A stretch of DNA of 64,000 nt from NCBI GenBank assembly GCA_950097015.1, contig CATNEN010000029.1, forward strand, positions 8,556,001-8,620,000, written 5' to 3'. This document shows positions 13,501 through 26,237 of this stretch, piece by piece. The notes under the pieces are model-generated. The model was not told the DNA's origin. It searched no databases and saw only the letters and a list, made by a program, of their open reading frames with translations. Positions within the stretch are counted from its first letter, which is position 1, and the number at the start of each line of letters is the position of its first letter. The translations under genes were made by a program, and so were the position numbers. This DNA comes from Macrostomum hystrix (Eukaryota; Animalia; Platyhelminthes).

Positions 13501-15079
13501 TTTGCTGCTATTAATATGGCACGTAAACTATTGGGCAGTGTAAACGCGAATCAGAGTTCTCCAGGTAAACTAAATGACAGTGCTGCAAAGTAGCAAAGAC
13601 GTTTCAGACAGTGCAAGTATACGGCGTTGATTTAGCGCCCTCGGCGGAAGTGACGTAAACATTTTCTAAGGGCCCACGCTTAAAACACGAAGCGGAGGAG
13701 AGCTGAGAGTCGCGGGCTGCATTCCTAAAGCCAATCAGAGCGGGAGGTCCGACAGCACTGAACCACAGGAGCATAACAGGAACGATACAGGACGAAACCA
13801 GTCGCTAGAACCGCAGAATGATGAACTGACATTCAAGCTCCTGCGTCAACTCTACAGCCCATGCAAAAATTGTTCGCTCATTATTCGCTCTAATTATTCG
13901 CTCTAATCACTTGGATAAGGCTTCATCTTTAGCTAGCAAGAACTTTAGCCGACCCACTCCAGCACAAGTTGGCTTGTTCTTTGACACCTAGATTCACAGT
14001 TGCATTTAGCAGTAATAAGTCCCACAACAATGAAAGTTAGTTTTGTCTAGCGGATACTAATCATTAAAGCATTTGTTAGCGGCAAAGCAATGAACCAAAT
14101 CAATTGTTTACGACCCACTCTTTTTACAAAACTCTGTAGCCTGCAACCAGCTACCGATTCCCTTCACAAACCATCAAAGTGCCGCCTTTGTTCTTGGGCC
14201 CATTGTACAGTTTAATAGCCACCAGCAGCTATTAATTTGCTCCTCGAGTGAAAAAAGCAACAGCTGCAGGGACTGCAAAACGCGTTACAAAAGAAGAGGA
14301 TGTTTTAACTTTTTTAAGCGTCTGCGCGAATTAAAACAAATACTAGGAGCCAGTGTATTGTGCGCAGCGATGAGCAAAGAGTGTCGGGTGCCGCTTATTC
14401 TTCTGACAAAGCGAGGGTTAATTTTGCATCGTGAATGCAATCGTTTTTTCTTAAAAAAGCCAATAAATGAACACAAGCCGCCTCATCACTAATGACATTG
14501 TCAAGAGAGCAAAATGATTAGGGAAAATCAGTCTATGTAAGGATTCGATTAGCTAAATGTTCGGCCTGTGCGTATACTACTACTAGTCCTGAACGTGAGT
14601 AGAAAGCGTGGGGCGTTTAGGCGGATTATCACGCTGATAAGTGTTTGGCAAATTATAGTACAGCTATGACAGGATAAGATTTGAGGGTTTCGTGAATGAG
14701 TATAGAGATGTACAATACCTCAGCTTCAGTGTCAGTTCTTGAGCTTGAAGAAGCCAACGAAATTTGGAAGGTGCTGCTTCGTGCACAATGGACAGGATTA
14801 GCTTCATAACTTTTAGTAATATACAAAATAGCTTTCACTCCCTGTTAGCTGCTTAATCTACTTCAAGTAGTTTGTCCTCAGTAATGGCTTAAACAGGCAC
14901 ACATTTTAGGCCGTTCGGCTCACATCAGGCCATTAAAAGGCATTGCTCGTAGACCAAGCAATGGAAAATAGAAAAAGCGCCAACTGAAGATTCATATTAG
15001 TCTAGATATGCGGGCTGTGAGAGGGCACGGTTTCATGGCTTCAGTACTCAAGTGCGTCAAGCATTGAAGGATGTGAGGC

Positions 15080-16057
15080 TCAGTAGTCTGGCGTCTTCCA
15101 CACCAGGATAGCATTGCGCACAACGTAGAAGTGGAAGAGCCGGCCGACCTCGTGCGTGCAGAAGGAGCCGTACTGGAAGCGGCCGACGATGACGTGCCAG
15201 GCGCGGTCGAACTTGGCGTCCAGCTCGGCCTTCATGTAGCGGGCGATCTCGCGTTCGTTATCGAACTGCTCCTGGGCGGAGCGGGCCAGCCGCACGATCT
15301 CCTCTTTGATGTCGTCTGGCAGGTCCGGGTCCTCGGTGATGATCTTGACGCCGTCCATCACTCCAGAGGATTTCTCGCGATTGCTCTGCACCTTCTCCCT
15401 GGGGATGTTTGGTGACTGGCAGTGTGAGCTTGCTCAAAATCGAGTTTCATTGGGTTTTCCAGCCCGGCTTAATAATAATAATAATTGCAGGAGGGCTGCG
15501 GGCAGTGGCACATCATTTAGTGACACTAGACCCACAGCCAGCGAGGAGGCAATTCTGCCCATTTCGCTGACTCCTGAGCACACACGCACACATATACTGT
15601 ACGCAGGCACACGCTCACACAGGTGTGTACATCTGCCCTGACTTTCTCATCGTCAGGCAGTGTACACTTCACTGTGCCTTGGAGGTTTGCCCACAAGGGC
15701 GTAAATTGCACGACCAGCCCCCAAGCCTTCTCCCCGCGGCTGCGCCCCAAATCAATGTGGCCTCGCCTGTGGAATCGAACTTAGGGACCGTGGTGCGCGA
15801 GGCAAACGCGAAAACCGCTCTGCCACCGACCGCCCCAGCCCGGCTTACATGTACTCCTGCTTGGGCACGAGGCCCAGCGTGTCGCAGAACTCCTCGATGG
15901 TGATGGTGCCGGAGTTGTCGTGGTCGAACAGGCGAAGCCATTTCTCCACGAACTTGTCCTCGTAGTTGTGCTTGCGACAGTAGGCCTCCAGCTCCTCCGT
16001 GGTGATCTCGCCGGAGAAGTCCGTGTCGATGGCCTCATAGGCTGTGAGGAAGTCCAT
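15080..16057 (-). CDS. Tegumental-allergen-like (TAL) protein: two EF hands fused to a dynein-light-chain-like domain; exons 16057-15849 and 15398-15080, 175 aa
   Basis: EF loops DTDFSGEITTEE and DHDNSGTITIEE; DLC motif EIARYMKAELDAKFDRAWHVIVG...GSFCTHE. The apparent ATG-TAA end of the EF ORF is AT|GTAAG (donor), and the phase-2 acceptor catccccag|G joins in frame (...KQEY-M-EKVQSNREK...). Confidence 0.9.
15472..15834 (-). mobile_element. SINE family A in the TAL intron, 13-bp perfect TSD
   Basis: CCAGCCCGGCTTA at 15459-15471 and 15835-15847; tRNA-like head at the right end and (TTA)n tail at the left. Confidence 0.92.
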
Positions 16058-17414
16058 TGCTGCTGGTTGAGCCTACTGAGTACGAAACTTGACAGGAAAG
16101 AAAACTGGGTGCGCCTCTGAGTTGTAGCGGCTGAGTAGGCTGGGGGCGAGTGCGGCTGACTTGAGCTGCCGTGCCTCAGATAATAAACTCTACGGCTCGC
16201 GAGGCAGGCAGCGGCGGGTGAAGCTCGGAGCTCGGGGCACAATGGAATTCGGCGCACTCCGCACAAGACACGCCTGGCCAGACTCTGCTCTCTATTTAGT
16301 TTCTACTGCAAGTCTGTTTGCACAATGGAAAATCTGCGAGCCCTGGCTGGGCTGGGCTGGGCACAGCTCCCCACTCCAATTTGTAACTGCCTCTGACCCG
16401 TGCCAAAGAAGCTTAGCTGCCGTCTCACGTTGGGTACTTTACCTGCCGAAAAGCGACTCAATCACAAGTTTAGAATGTCAGTTATGTTAGACTGGTTTGC
16501 ATTCAATTTCAGACCTATCGATATAAATGATTATAAATTCATAGCCAACAACTCCTTTGACAGTGAGTCTATCTCGGTGTAAATCTTTCAATACAACTGA
16601 CATCAACCGACTGGGTCAGCTGGAAGATGAGGGACAGAGATTTCAATGGAGAAGTATAGTGCGCTGCAACTTGAATAAAAGCATTTCTTCAATTGCGGCT
16701 TCATTAGAATGTGTGTGTGCATGTGCTTAGTCTGAGAACACAGGCAAAACACCTGTTTGGACTGCCTGCCCGCAGAAACTGAGAGCTGCTCAGTTAGCAC
16801 ACAGCACTCTACTCATGGAGTTCTCTAGTTTCTTACCTGCCTTTTTGAAATACTTGGATGGAATTCGAGAAGAACTGACTGGCTGACTGAATGTTTCAAC
16901 TTAAAAGAAGAGAATATTTTACATTTTTTTTCTGCTGGCATCTACGTGAATATGCTTGAATATTCACAGCTCACAGATGCATTCAAAGATTGAATGAAGC
17001 ATGTCGCTCTTTTTCATTTGAAATTCAGCAGACTGTAACATTTTCCCATCGAATTAATTAAAAAGGAAAGAAAATTGCACGGACTTTGTGCTCGCATAAG
17101 GGGTCTGATTTAGTAAGAACACTTGAGATCAAATCTCTGGCGATGCTATTGTGAGCCAGTGATTTTATAATTTTATAATGAAATTCAGACCCAGTTTTCA
17201 GTGAGCTTTTCTGGCAAAAGTTGAACTTGTCTGAAAAATTCAGTGCAGAAGCGCTCCCGGGGTAGCGACCAATCACGGCAGCTGGCCAACTGATTGGTCA
17301 CTTGGCGCCCTGAAGCCAGGCTAAAGCATAAGAACAGACCCGTCTCGAGAAAAATCCAGAAAAGTACACCAAAATCAGCTTGGCAAGAGACAGACTTCTT
17401 CATCAACGCGTGCG

Positions 17415-20400
17415 ATGCTGAACTTGACTTTTAACAACAGCGCCAGCGGCGGCGACACCTGCCTAAGGCACATGCAGCAGCGCAACCACCTGGTGGGCCT
17501 GTTTCTGTACTACAAGTGCAAGAACTACACCAAATTCGTGGACAAATTCTTGGAGATCCGGCAGCAGCAGGAGCAGCTGAACAGACGAGAGCTGCCAGCC
17601 GTGGTAGCCTGCATGACCATCTTCTGCCTGCTGATCCTGTTCGGCGCAGTGGGCAATGGCCTGGTGGTGCGGCTCATCTGCTGCGGCCGGTTCGGCAACT
17701 CTCCGCGCCACGTGTTCGTCCTGAACCTGGCCCTGTCCGACTTTGTACTGTGCACTGTCACACAGCCCATCAACATGCTGCGCCTGCTGCAGGACTACCT
17801 CAGCTGGGAGTATGGCACTCCGCTTTGCAAACTGGTCAACGGGCTCACAGGACTCAACCTGTTCGTGTCCACCTTCTCAATCATGGCTATTGCGCTGGAC
17901 CGGTTCCAGGTGAGTACCTGATTTCAGTTTATTTAATAATATTAAATACGCGGAATCGAACTCACGAACTTTGGTGCGAACTCTAGATCGCTCTGCCATT
18001 AACCCCCTTCGGGCTAACAGCAAGCGGTTATAGAATGGCGGAATCGAACTCACGAACTTTGGTGCGAACTCTAGATCGCTCTGCCATTAGCCCCCTTCGG
18101 GCTAACAGCAAGCGATTATAGAATGGCAAAATTGACTGCGATATGGTATATGAGGATTCCAATTTCAGTAGGTTTTGCAGAAACTGTTAGTCGCACCACT
18201 GCGATGCAGCAATAAGCAGGTAAATATTTGATTTCTGAGAATATTTGATGAGGTGACTTTTTCCGCATCCCATTTCGATGTGTCTGTTTCTTTGCGCAAA
18301 CATTACTTTTCCATTCGCACAGTTCAGGAAGTTTTAGATTGAATAATTTTTAACGGAGTGGAATTCCTTTTCTCCCGATCTCCCAATTGAAGGAATGCTA
18401 GTTTGATAGACTATGGATAGATGACTGAAGGACTGGTAGATGACTGATAGACTGTGGTAGATGACTGAAGGACTGCGGTAGATGACTGAAGGACTGTGGT
18501 AGATGACTGATAGACTGTGGTAGATGACTGAAGGACTGTGGTAGATGACTGAAGGACTGTGGTAGATGACTGATAGACTGTGGTAGATGACTGAAGGACT
18601 GTGGTAGATGACTGAAGGACAGTGGTAGATGACTGATAGACTGTGGTAGATGACTGAAGGACTGTGGTAGATGACTGAAGGACTGTGGTAGATGACTGAT
18701 AGACTATGGATAGATGACTGAAGGACTGGTAGATGACTGAAGGACAGTGGTAGATGACTGAAGGACTGTGGTAGATGACTGAAGGACTGTGGTAGATGAC
18801 TGATAGACTATGGATAGATGACTGAAGGACTGGTAGATGACTGAAGGACAGTGGTAGATGACTGAAGGACTGTGGTAGATGACTGAAGGACTGGTAGATG
18901 ACTGATAGACTGTGGTAGATGACTGATAGACTGTGGTAGATGACTGAAGGACTGTGGTAGATGACTGAAGGACTGGTAGATGACTGATAGACTGTGGCAG
19001 ATGATCGGAGAATGATGATGACTGATAGACTGTGGCAATTAACTGACAGAATGCAGATATCAAGCATTCTTAATCCAACGTAGCCGAAGGACAACCGGGC
19101 CAAATCTTATCATGACCAAAATTTCGGATGCCCGTTTGCTTGCACCCCAATCTACGAGTATGAAAAGATTATCAAGAACTAACCCTGTTGAGGCATTCAA
19201 ATTTACTCTCTGCAAAGTCTGTGGGAGAAGGATAATCCAAGGACAAAATCCTAACAAATTGCGGGGGACGTTGATATAGACAATTATTAGTTCAAGAAAA
19301 CTAACCGCTGGTTGGTTTTCTCCCGGCTGCCCCACCGTCCCACTTAAAAGATTGGACGCAGCAATTTAGCATCACCTGCGCTTGGCTAGCTCCTTTGAGC
19401 AGTATAGAGCTTCATTTTAGGCGAGACTGAAGCAGTTGAGCAATGCGCACTGCCCGTTATTGCACCTGCAGCCAATAAATTGCTGGCCAATAAGATATGG
19501 GACTGATTAGCACGAGAAAATGCAGCCGACAGCACAGCCGCAGCTATTGCGCGGCGCATCTGAAGGCTGCGTACGGCGGTTGAGTCCATGAACTGGCGGA
19601 CGCCACACCCACCCCCAATTATCCCAGCTGATGCTGGTACCCAATTAACAGCTGGGTGAACTGAAGTAATGCAGAGTTAAGTGTCTTGCTAAAGCACATA
19701 AATTGTTACAATGGAGTAGGGATTGAACCCGCGACCTTTAAGTCGTGAGCTGGACGCTGTAACCATAGGCTACAAACCCCTAGGCTAGGCTAACCAATAA
19801 TGGCTATTAGTACAACGGTTTGATGATGACAGGTTTTTAAAAGCCCCTAATGGTTCCTTAGGTTCGCCATCATCCCGCAGATCAAACAGAGCATTGGGAT
19901 TCGCAGCAAATTTCAAGTGCTAGAGTTTAAAGACTGCAGCATAGGGATTCGACTAAGAACATAAACAGTGAGCACCACTCAACACAGGGCCTGGGCACTC
20001 GCTGTTTAAATATTTTTAACTGACTGTCAGGCTCTCTTACCAGCAAAATGGTCAACGGGGACTAGAAAATGAAAAAGTACACACACACAAACAAGCCACT
20101 TGGAGATACTTCTGTCATTTCAAAATTATAACAGAAAGCACATACTCGAAAGCCTGCGTTTCATAGGTTGACTGAATCACAAGCCGTAGTAAAAAATGCG
20201 TGGCAAAAAAGTATTTGTGTATGGCATGGTTAGAGCTGTATTTTAATGGCTCAGACAATATTGAAGGTGACATTTCCATGGACTATATTTGATGATGACA
20301 TGACCATAGACTATATTTGATGATGACATGACCATAGACTATATTTGATGATGACATGACCATAGACTATATTTGATTATGACATGACCATAGACTATAT

Positions 20401-23279
20401 TTGATGATGACATGACCATAGACTATATTTGAAAATACGATAGCCAGGCTGTATTAGTAGATGACAAAACCAAGAAACAGCACTAAGAAGACCATAGTCC
20501 AAAAGCCTGAATTTAAGGTCTAGGCAATTTCAGTCTGAGTTCTTGTCTTGCATGAGATTAGTCTTGCAGAATAGGGATTCCCAAAATTGGATGGGATTGA
20601 TTGTCTGGGAAGCAATCTCAACCGGTCCTAGCGCAGGTGTTAATTGAGACGGTGAATTGGCTGGGCAAAGAGTTCGATGGCGTCACAAGAATCTGGAAAA
20701 TAATGCTACTCAATAATACTACAGCCAATCCTTGTTAGGCGCTTTTGGTTGTTTGTTTTATTTAAACAAATATCTATGCATTTCTGGCGAGAAATTTTCA
20801 AACATTTTTATCCTTTTCTAGGAAAAAAGTATTTTAAAAGCCAGTTTTCTCACGTTTCTTATTTTTTTTCGGGTTACAAACTACTGACGAGTAGTATTCA
20901 GGTTTGTTTAAATGCGTAGCTCAAATTGAAAAGTGGAAAGTTTTTGCACGGCTTTTTTCATGCAAAATGAAAGCCTAAGAGGCAATGTATAGGAAATTCC
21001 AGCGAGCCTAACCTAAGAATAGAAGCACTAGCTAGATAACCAGTTAAATGTTAATTGGCAGGTACAAATCTGCAGGAGTCAGAGGTTTGGCTTCTGGGTT
21101 CGGTAAAACTCTGAAAAATAATTTTTTTTTGTCGGTAAAATTTTTACTTAACTAGAATTTGAAGCAGATAGGATAGTATGGGGTAGATGTACAGCTAATG
21201 TCCCTATACACTATAACACTATTGTAGGGAATGAAGTATATTGTTCCAGGATACTTCTTGTTTCCCCTGGTCTGAAATTCGAACTCCATTCCTTTCGATT
21301 AGGAGTTAATTAAGGGATTTCGATAATGGATGTCGATTAAGGGAGCTTTGTCCCCTAGACTTAAGCCTCTCCGAAAGATAGATTTTTGAAGTTGTCAAAT
21401 ACCACTTCGTCACGTATTTTACCAAGGCTATATTTTCGTCACGTACCACTAGACTGTCCAGGGCCATTAGACACGTCACGTGACTGTCCATGACCATTTG
21501 ACACGTCACGTGACTGTCCACCGTGATTCGACACGTCACGTGACTGTCCACCGTGATTCGACACGTCACGTGACTGTCCACCGTGATTCGACACGTCACG
21601 TGACTGTCCACCGTGATTCGACACGTCACGTGACTGTTCAGGACCATTAGACACGTCACGTGACTGTCCAGGGCCATTTGACATGTCACGTGACTGACTG
21701 TCCATGACCATTTGACACGTCATGTGACTATTTAGGATCATTAGACACGTCACGTGACTGTCCACCGCGATTCGACACGTCACGTGACTGTCCAGGGCCA
21801 TTTGACATGTCACGTGACTGTCCATGACCATTTGACACGTCATGTGACTATTTAGGATCATTAGACACGTCACGTGACTGTCCACCGCGATTCGACACGT
21901 CACGTGACTGTCTAGGGCCATTAGACACGTCACGTGACTGTCTAGGGCCATTAGACACGTCACTTGACTGTCCAGGGCATTTCGTCACGTACCACGTGAC
22001 TGTCCAGGGCCATTCGACACGTCACGTGACTGTCCAGGGCCTTTCGTCACGTACCACGTGACTGTCCAGGGCCCTTCGATACGTCACGAGACTCTACTTT
22101 TCACCGCCTGCAGGCCATCGTACACCCGAGCCGCCTTGTCCTGTCCAGAGCCGGTCTGCTGGCCTGCGCCCTGGGCATCTGGGCCGCAGCCGCCGTGCTG
22201 GCCTCGCCGCTGCTTCTGTTCGCCAGGGTGGTGCAGAACGCGCTAGAGCTGCCGCGAGTGAGGCGCCTCTGCAGCGAGAGCCTGCCGCCGGAGGCGTCCA
22301 GCCAGCTGCTCCGGCAGGCCAAGCTGGCGTACAGCCTGGCAACGCTGCTGGTGCAGTACCTGATACCGCTGCTGGTGCTGGTGTCCGCCTACAGCCGGAT
22401 TCACGCCAGGCTGCGCAGGAAGATGCGCTACAGGCGGGAGAGCAGCCAATCGGCCTACCAGCTCAGCCGCGTTGTCCTGGAGGAGCGCAGGCACCGGCGA
22501 ACTAATCGCATCCTGCTGGCCATCAGCTTGGTGTTTGCGATGTCCTGGCTGCCGCTGACTGTCCTCAACATCTTCAACGACTTTCAGGTGCGAGAGCGGT
22601 ACCATAATAGCGGTAATCACGGTCATGGTATAACCTGTTTACAGCATGAAATCACTGTAGAAACGGATTGCTGAGGAACGATGAATGCACATTTTCTGTT
22701 TATCAAACAAAATGTGAAGAGACGGCATGACGAATGCGAACATATATCCATTACGAAGACTATAATTACAGTAGCCTTGGTTACAATAGCTACATAGCCA
22801 GCAGCTACTCGTCACATCTTATCGTCACTGCACCCCATTGGCAGGAGGGGCGCATCGACTTGACGAACTCCACCCGGGCGGGCAGCGCGGCGGCGCGCAT
22901 CAAGCGCCAGCAGGTGCCGCTTCAGCTGATCCAGAGCGTCTCCCTGATGTTTATCCTGCTGTCAAGCTGCGTCAATCCACTGCTGTACGGCTTCCTGAAT
23001 GAAAGCTTCCGCACCGAGCTGTTCCGCTTGCTGCGCTGCACGCGGCTGCTCGCGCCAGACGAGGCCGAGATCGCTGGCACCGAGACCAACGGAGGCCGTC
23101 GGCGACTGCACAGGCAGCCACAGCCGGCGACAACGCCATCACCCGAGGCGCTGCCGTTAGTGCCGACGGAACAGGTAAATGGGCGCCCTCGATGCGACCG
23201 AGAACGAGCAGCTTCAGCTTCGGGCAAGTCTGTGTCCTTTCCCACCATCGAAGTCTGGATCGATGCGGAGACCGCCTGA
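17415..23279 (+). CDS. Class A GPCR of the neuropeptide Y/F (RFamide) receptor group; exons 17415-17909, 22114-22587, 22845-23279, ~467 aa
   Basis: GN (TM1), NLALSD (TM2), CK..DRF|AIVHP (TM3), W (TM4), Y.IPL (TM5), SWLP...ND (TM6, acidic 6.59 position typical of NPY receptors), SSCVNPLLYGFLNESFR (TM7). All introns are GT-AG and phase 0. Confidence 0.9.
17950..18125 (-). repeat. Two tandem 88-bp copies containing a tRNA-like (SINE-A-related) head
   Basis: Minus strand TGGCAGAGCG...TTCGCACCAAAGTTCGTGAGTTCGATTCC; copies start at 17950 and 18038. Confidence 0.75.
18413..19035. repeat. 21-bp minisatellite (GTAGATGACTGAAGGACTGTG, with 19-bp variants), GPCR intron 1
   Basis: Direct periodicity; it accounts for the SSTTVLQ-type ORFs. 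Confidence 0.95.
19521..19780 (-). mobile_element. tRNA-derived SINE family B with CORE/MIR-like central domain
   Basis: Minus strand TGTAGCCTATGG (A box)...GGTTCAATCCC (B box)...TAGCAAGACACTTAACTCTGCATTACTTCAGTTCACCCAGCTGTTAATTGGGTACC. Homologous copies lie at 40.9 and 42.9 kb. Confidence 0.82.
20281..20432. repeat. 28-bp minisatellite (GACTATATTTGATGATGACATGACCATA) x~5
   Basis: Direct periodicity. Confidence 0.9.
21445..22090. repeat. 30-bp minisatellite built on the palindrome GTCACGTGAC, ending just before the GPCR exon-2 acceptor
   Basis: Unit e.g. CCGTGATTCGACACGTCACGTGACTGTCCA. Confidence 0.93.
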
Positions 23280-23569
23280 CAACGATGATTGGACAGATTT
23301 GGGCCGTTTGTAGCCGGAAGGGCAAAGGCTTATTATATATTTGCCAACATTCGCACGGTTGTCTATCAAGCATCCGTTCACTGAGTTACTACAAGAATCA
23401 AATGAAATCTGATTTAAAACTATAAAAAACATCTACCTGTCCCCAGTTCTGCAATGCGATCCCGTACCTGTTTTGAGCAACCTGTCTGTCGTCTTTTCAG
23501 TATGTAGTCCTGTTTCTGTCTACAACCAATCTTCATTTTCTCAATCTTTATCTCATTGCATAGTATCTT

Positions 23570-23770
23570 TAAATGACCAATCTCACGCTCCCGTGTCTCC
23601 GCATGACCAATCTCACGCCCCTGTGTCTCTGCATGACCAATCTTATGCTCCTGTGTCTCAGCATGACCAATCTCACGCCTCATGACCAATCCCCTGTGTC
23701 TCCGCATGACCAATCTCACGCCCCTGTGTCTCTGATGATCAATTTCATACCCCCGTGTCTCTGCATGAGC
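23570..23770. repeat. ~30-bp minisatellite (CATGACCAATCTCACGCCCCTGTGTCTCTG) in the probable GPCR 3' UTR; AATAAA at ~23816
   Basis: Direct periodicity downstream of the stop at 23279. Confidence 0.8.
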
Positions 23771-25218
23771 ACTACGAGCAACCTCATTCCCAAACGACCC
23801 AACGTCTGCATGTATTAATAAAAAAACTCTCATCTGTTGTCAATGGAGTATTATTTTGATTTTCTACTTGGAAAGTGGAATAGTCATTAATATGAGACGC
23901 ATGTTACACGATAGAATCAACAGTATCATAATTACCTGTGTTACCTGCTTGTATAAACTGTACTTTATTGTTTCTGACACGTTGCATATTGATTAAACCA
24001 CGTCTGTTTACAAAGAACTAACAGATGATCTCGCTTTGTGCACTTAGTGTCCAACAAACAATGGGTTCATTATAAACAGTTTTACAACTAATTAATTTCT
24101 TTAAAAAATTGTATCGCCTCAGCAGGTCTTGGACTTTTGGACATCTCGCCTTTTGCTCTCCAATTCTTAGAACAACAATAAAAAACGTCAAAACGGGAAA
24201 ACAAATAGGAAAACTAGCTTGCAATTGCAATTGATAAATTTTCGGTGCATGCCTTCATTCCGATTCGGAAGCAGATTCTGGTGAATTCGTCAACGTTTTC
24301 AGTCGCTGCATCAACGGAAACGACGGAAACGGCCTAACAAAGGTGGCTAGGACAGGAAACCCAGATCAAGGAAATAATGCTTTGCCGATAAGAAAATTTA
24401 TTTATTGGCAATGCTAATTGGAACTGTCAGAATATGAAAGTAGCAGAACATGCGATTCTGCACGATCCCAAGACTGAAAACATGCTAGATACGAACTCAA
24501 TTACGATAAATGGAGATGTCCTTACGCTCGTAATTGTACACCAATCGGTTTACAAGCGATAAGACAAATTGATAAATGATTACTCTTCGACGTAATGATT
24601 TCATGTCAACATAATTCATTTACTCTCGTTCTAAGAATTTATTTTCACAATCCTACTAATAGTAGACTAACCTACCTAATGGTTGACAAAAATATTATCA
24701 GGTGTAACAAAAAATTATCTCGCTACGCAATTAGCTTAGTGAACGCGAGGCGGCAAGTTAATCGTTGTTTATGCAATCCAAGGCTAATCAGTGCAGTGCT
24801 GCAGTTTCACCCCACTCAACGGCATTCGAGATTTGACCTGTATTGAGAAATTCAAGCTGCATGCATACATTTAAGAATGGCACGCATATTTTCTGACCTG
24901 TCCACATATGCTCATTACCTTCTCAAACCAGTTTCTCTCTTCAACTAGAAGAAGACAAGCCGGGGTAAATCATAACCCTTCCCCCACTGTCCTCCAAACT
25001 CCACCCTCCCCAAGATGCGTCTTACCTTTTACTAGACAGCCACCCCAACCGCAGTTGGTCAGCGCTGACTCAGTCGGTCGTTCAATCTTGCTCACGGATT
25101 TTCCTATACTGCACTGCCGCTGTGATCTATTTTTAGATACAGGCTTAGACCATGCCTGCGCAACGAACGACCATTACCGTGCGACCTCAGGCTTTCTGGT
25201 ACGGGTGGGGTGGGCGCT

Positions 25219-25372
25219 GTCACGTGACTCCAGCAGTGCGGTGAGAGGGAGGGACAGGGAGGGACAGGGTGAGGCGCTTGTTAAATAAAAGCCTTTGGCT
25301 TGTCCTCAGCAGGCAGATTTCCATTGAAAGCAGCTGAGAGACACGGCACACACTGCATTCATTTGCTCATTG
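25219..25372 (+). promoter_or_regulatory. Putative promoter and non-coding first exon of the CAP gene
   Basis: GTCACGTGAC E-box at 25219-25228, AT-rich TTAAATAAAA at 25281, then an ATG-less segment ending at a strong donor TTG|GTGAGT (25373). Confidence 0.45.
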
Positions 25373-25430
25373 GTGAGTAAACAATCTTGTGCGTTCTTAG
25401 TAGATATGTCATTGCCGCAAACTGTAAGAT

Positions 25431-26237
25431 TCTGGATTCTGGACTGGGTCATGAATAATTCGAGACTGGGTCATGGGCTGACTCTTGACTGGGTCATGGG
25501 CTGACTCTAGACTGGGTCATGCGCTGACTCTAGACTGGGTCATGGATGCTTTTAGATTGGGTCATGGCTGACTCTAGACTGGGTCATGGGCTGACTCTAG
25601 ACTGGGTCATGGCTGATTCTGGACTGGGTCATGAATAATTCGAGACTGGGTCATGGCTGACTCTAGACTGGGTCATGGGCTGACTCTAGACTGATTCTAG
25701 ACTGGGTCATGACTGATTTTAGACTGGGTCATGGATGATTCTAGACTGGGTCATGGCTGATTCTGGACTGGGTCATGAATAATTCGAGACTGGGTCATGG
25801 CTGACTCTAGACTGGGTCATGGGCTGACTCTAGACTGGGTCATGGATGCTTTTTGATTGGGTCATGGCTGACTCTAGACTGGGTCATGGGCTGACTCTAG
25901 ACTGGGTCATGGGCTGACTCTAGACTGGGTCATGGATGATTCTAGACTGGGTCATGGGCTGATTCTAGACTGGGTCATGGATGCTTTTAGATTGGGTCAT
26001 GGCTGACTCTAGACTGGGTCATGGCTGATTCTAGACTGGGTCATGGCTGATTCTGGACTGGGTCATGGATGATTCTAGACTGGGTCATGGGCTGATTCTA
26101 GACTGGGTCATGGATGCTTTTAGATTGGGTCATGGCTGACTCTAGACTGGGTCATGGGCTGACTCTAGACTGGGTCATGGGCTGACTCTAGACTGGGTCA
26201 TGGGCTGACTCTAGACTGGGTCATGGGCTGACTCTAG
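25431..26237. repeat. 22-23-bp minisatellite (TCTAGACTGGGTCATGG[A/C]TGA[T/C])
   Basis: Direct periodicity; same family as 30605-32485. Confidence 0.95.

Noticed and set aside
13788-13835. Possible hammerhead ribozyme (GACGAAACCAGTC...ATGATGA)
   Set aside because: The core reads ATGATGA rather than CTGATGA, and stems I and II cannot be formed.
15080-16057. Separate dynein light chain gene and separate small EF-hand gene
   Set aside because: The phase-matched GT-AG intron with a SINE and TSD explains both as exons of one TAL gene.
20281-20432. C/D-box snoRNA cluster (repeated TGATGA)
   Set aside because: No CTGA D boxes or terminal stems; it is a simple 28-bp tandem repeat.
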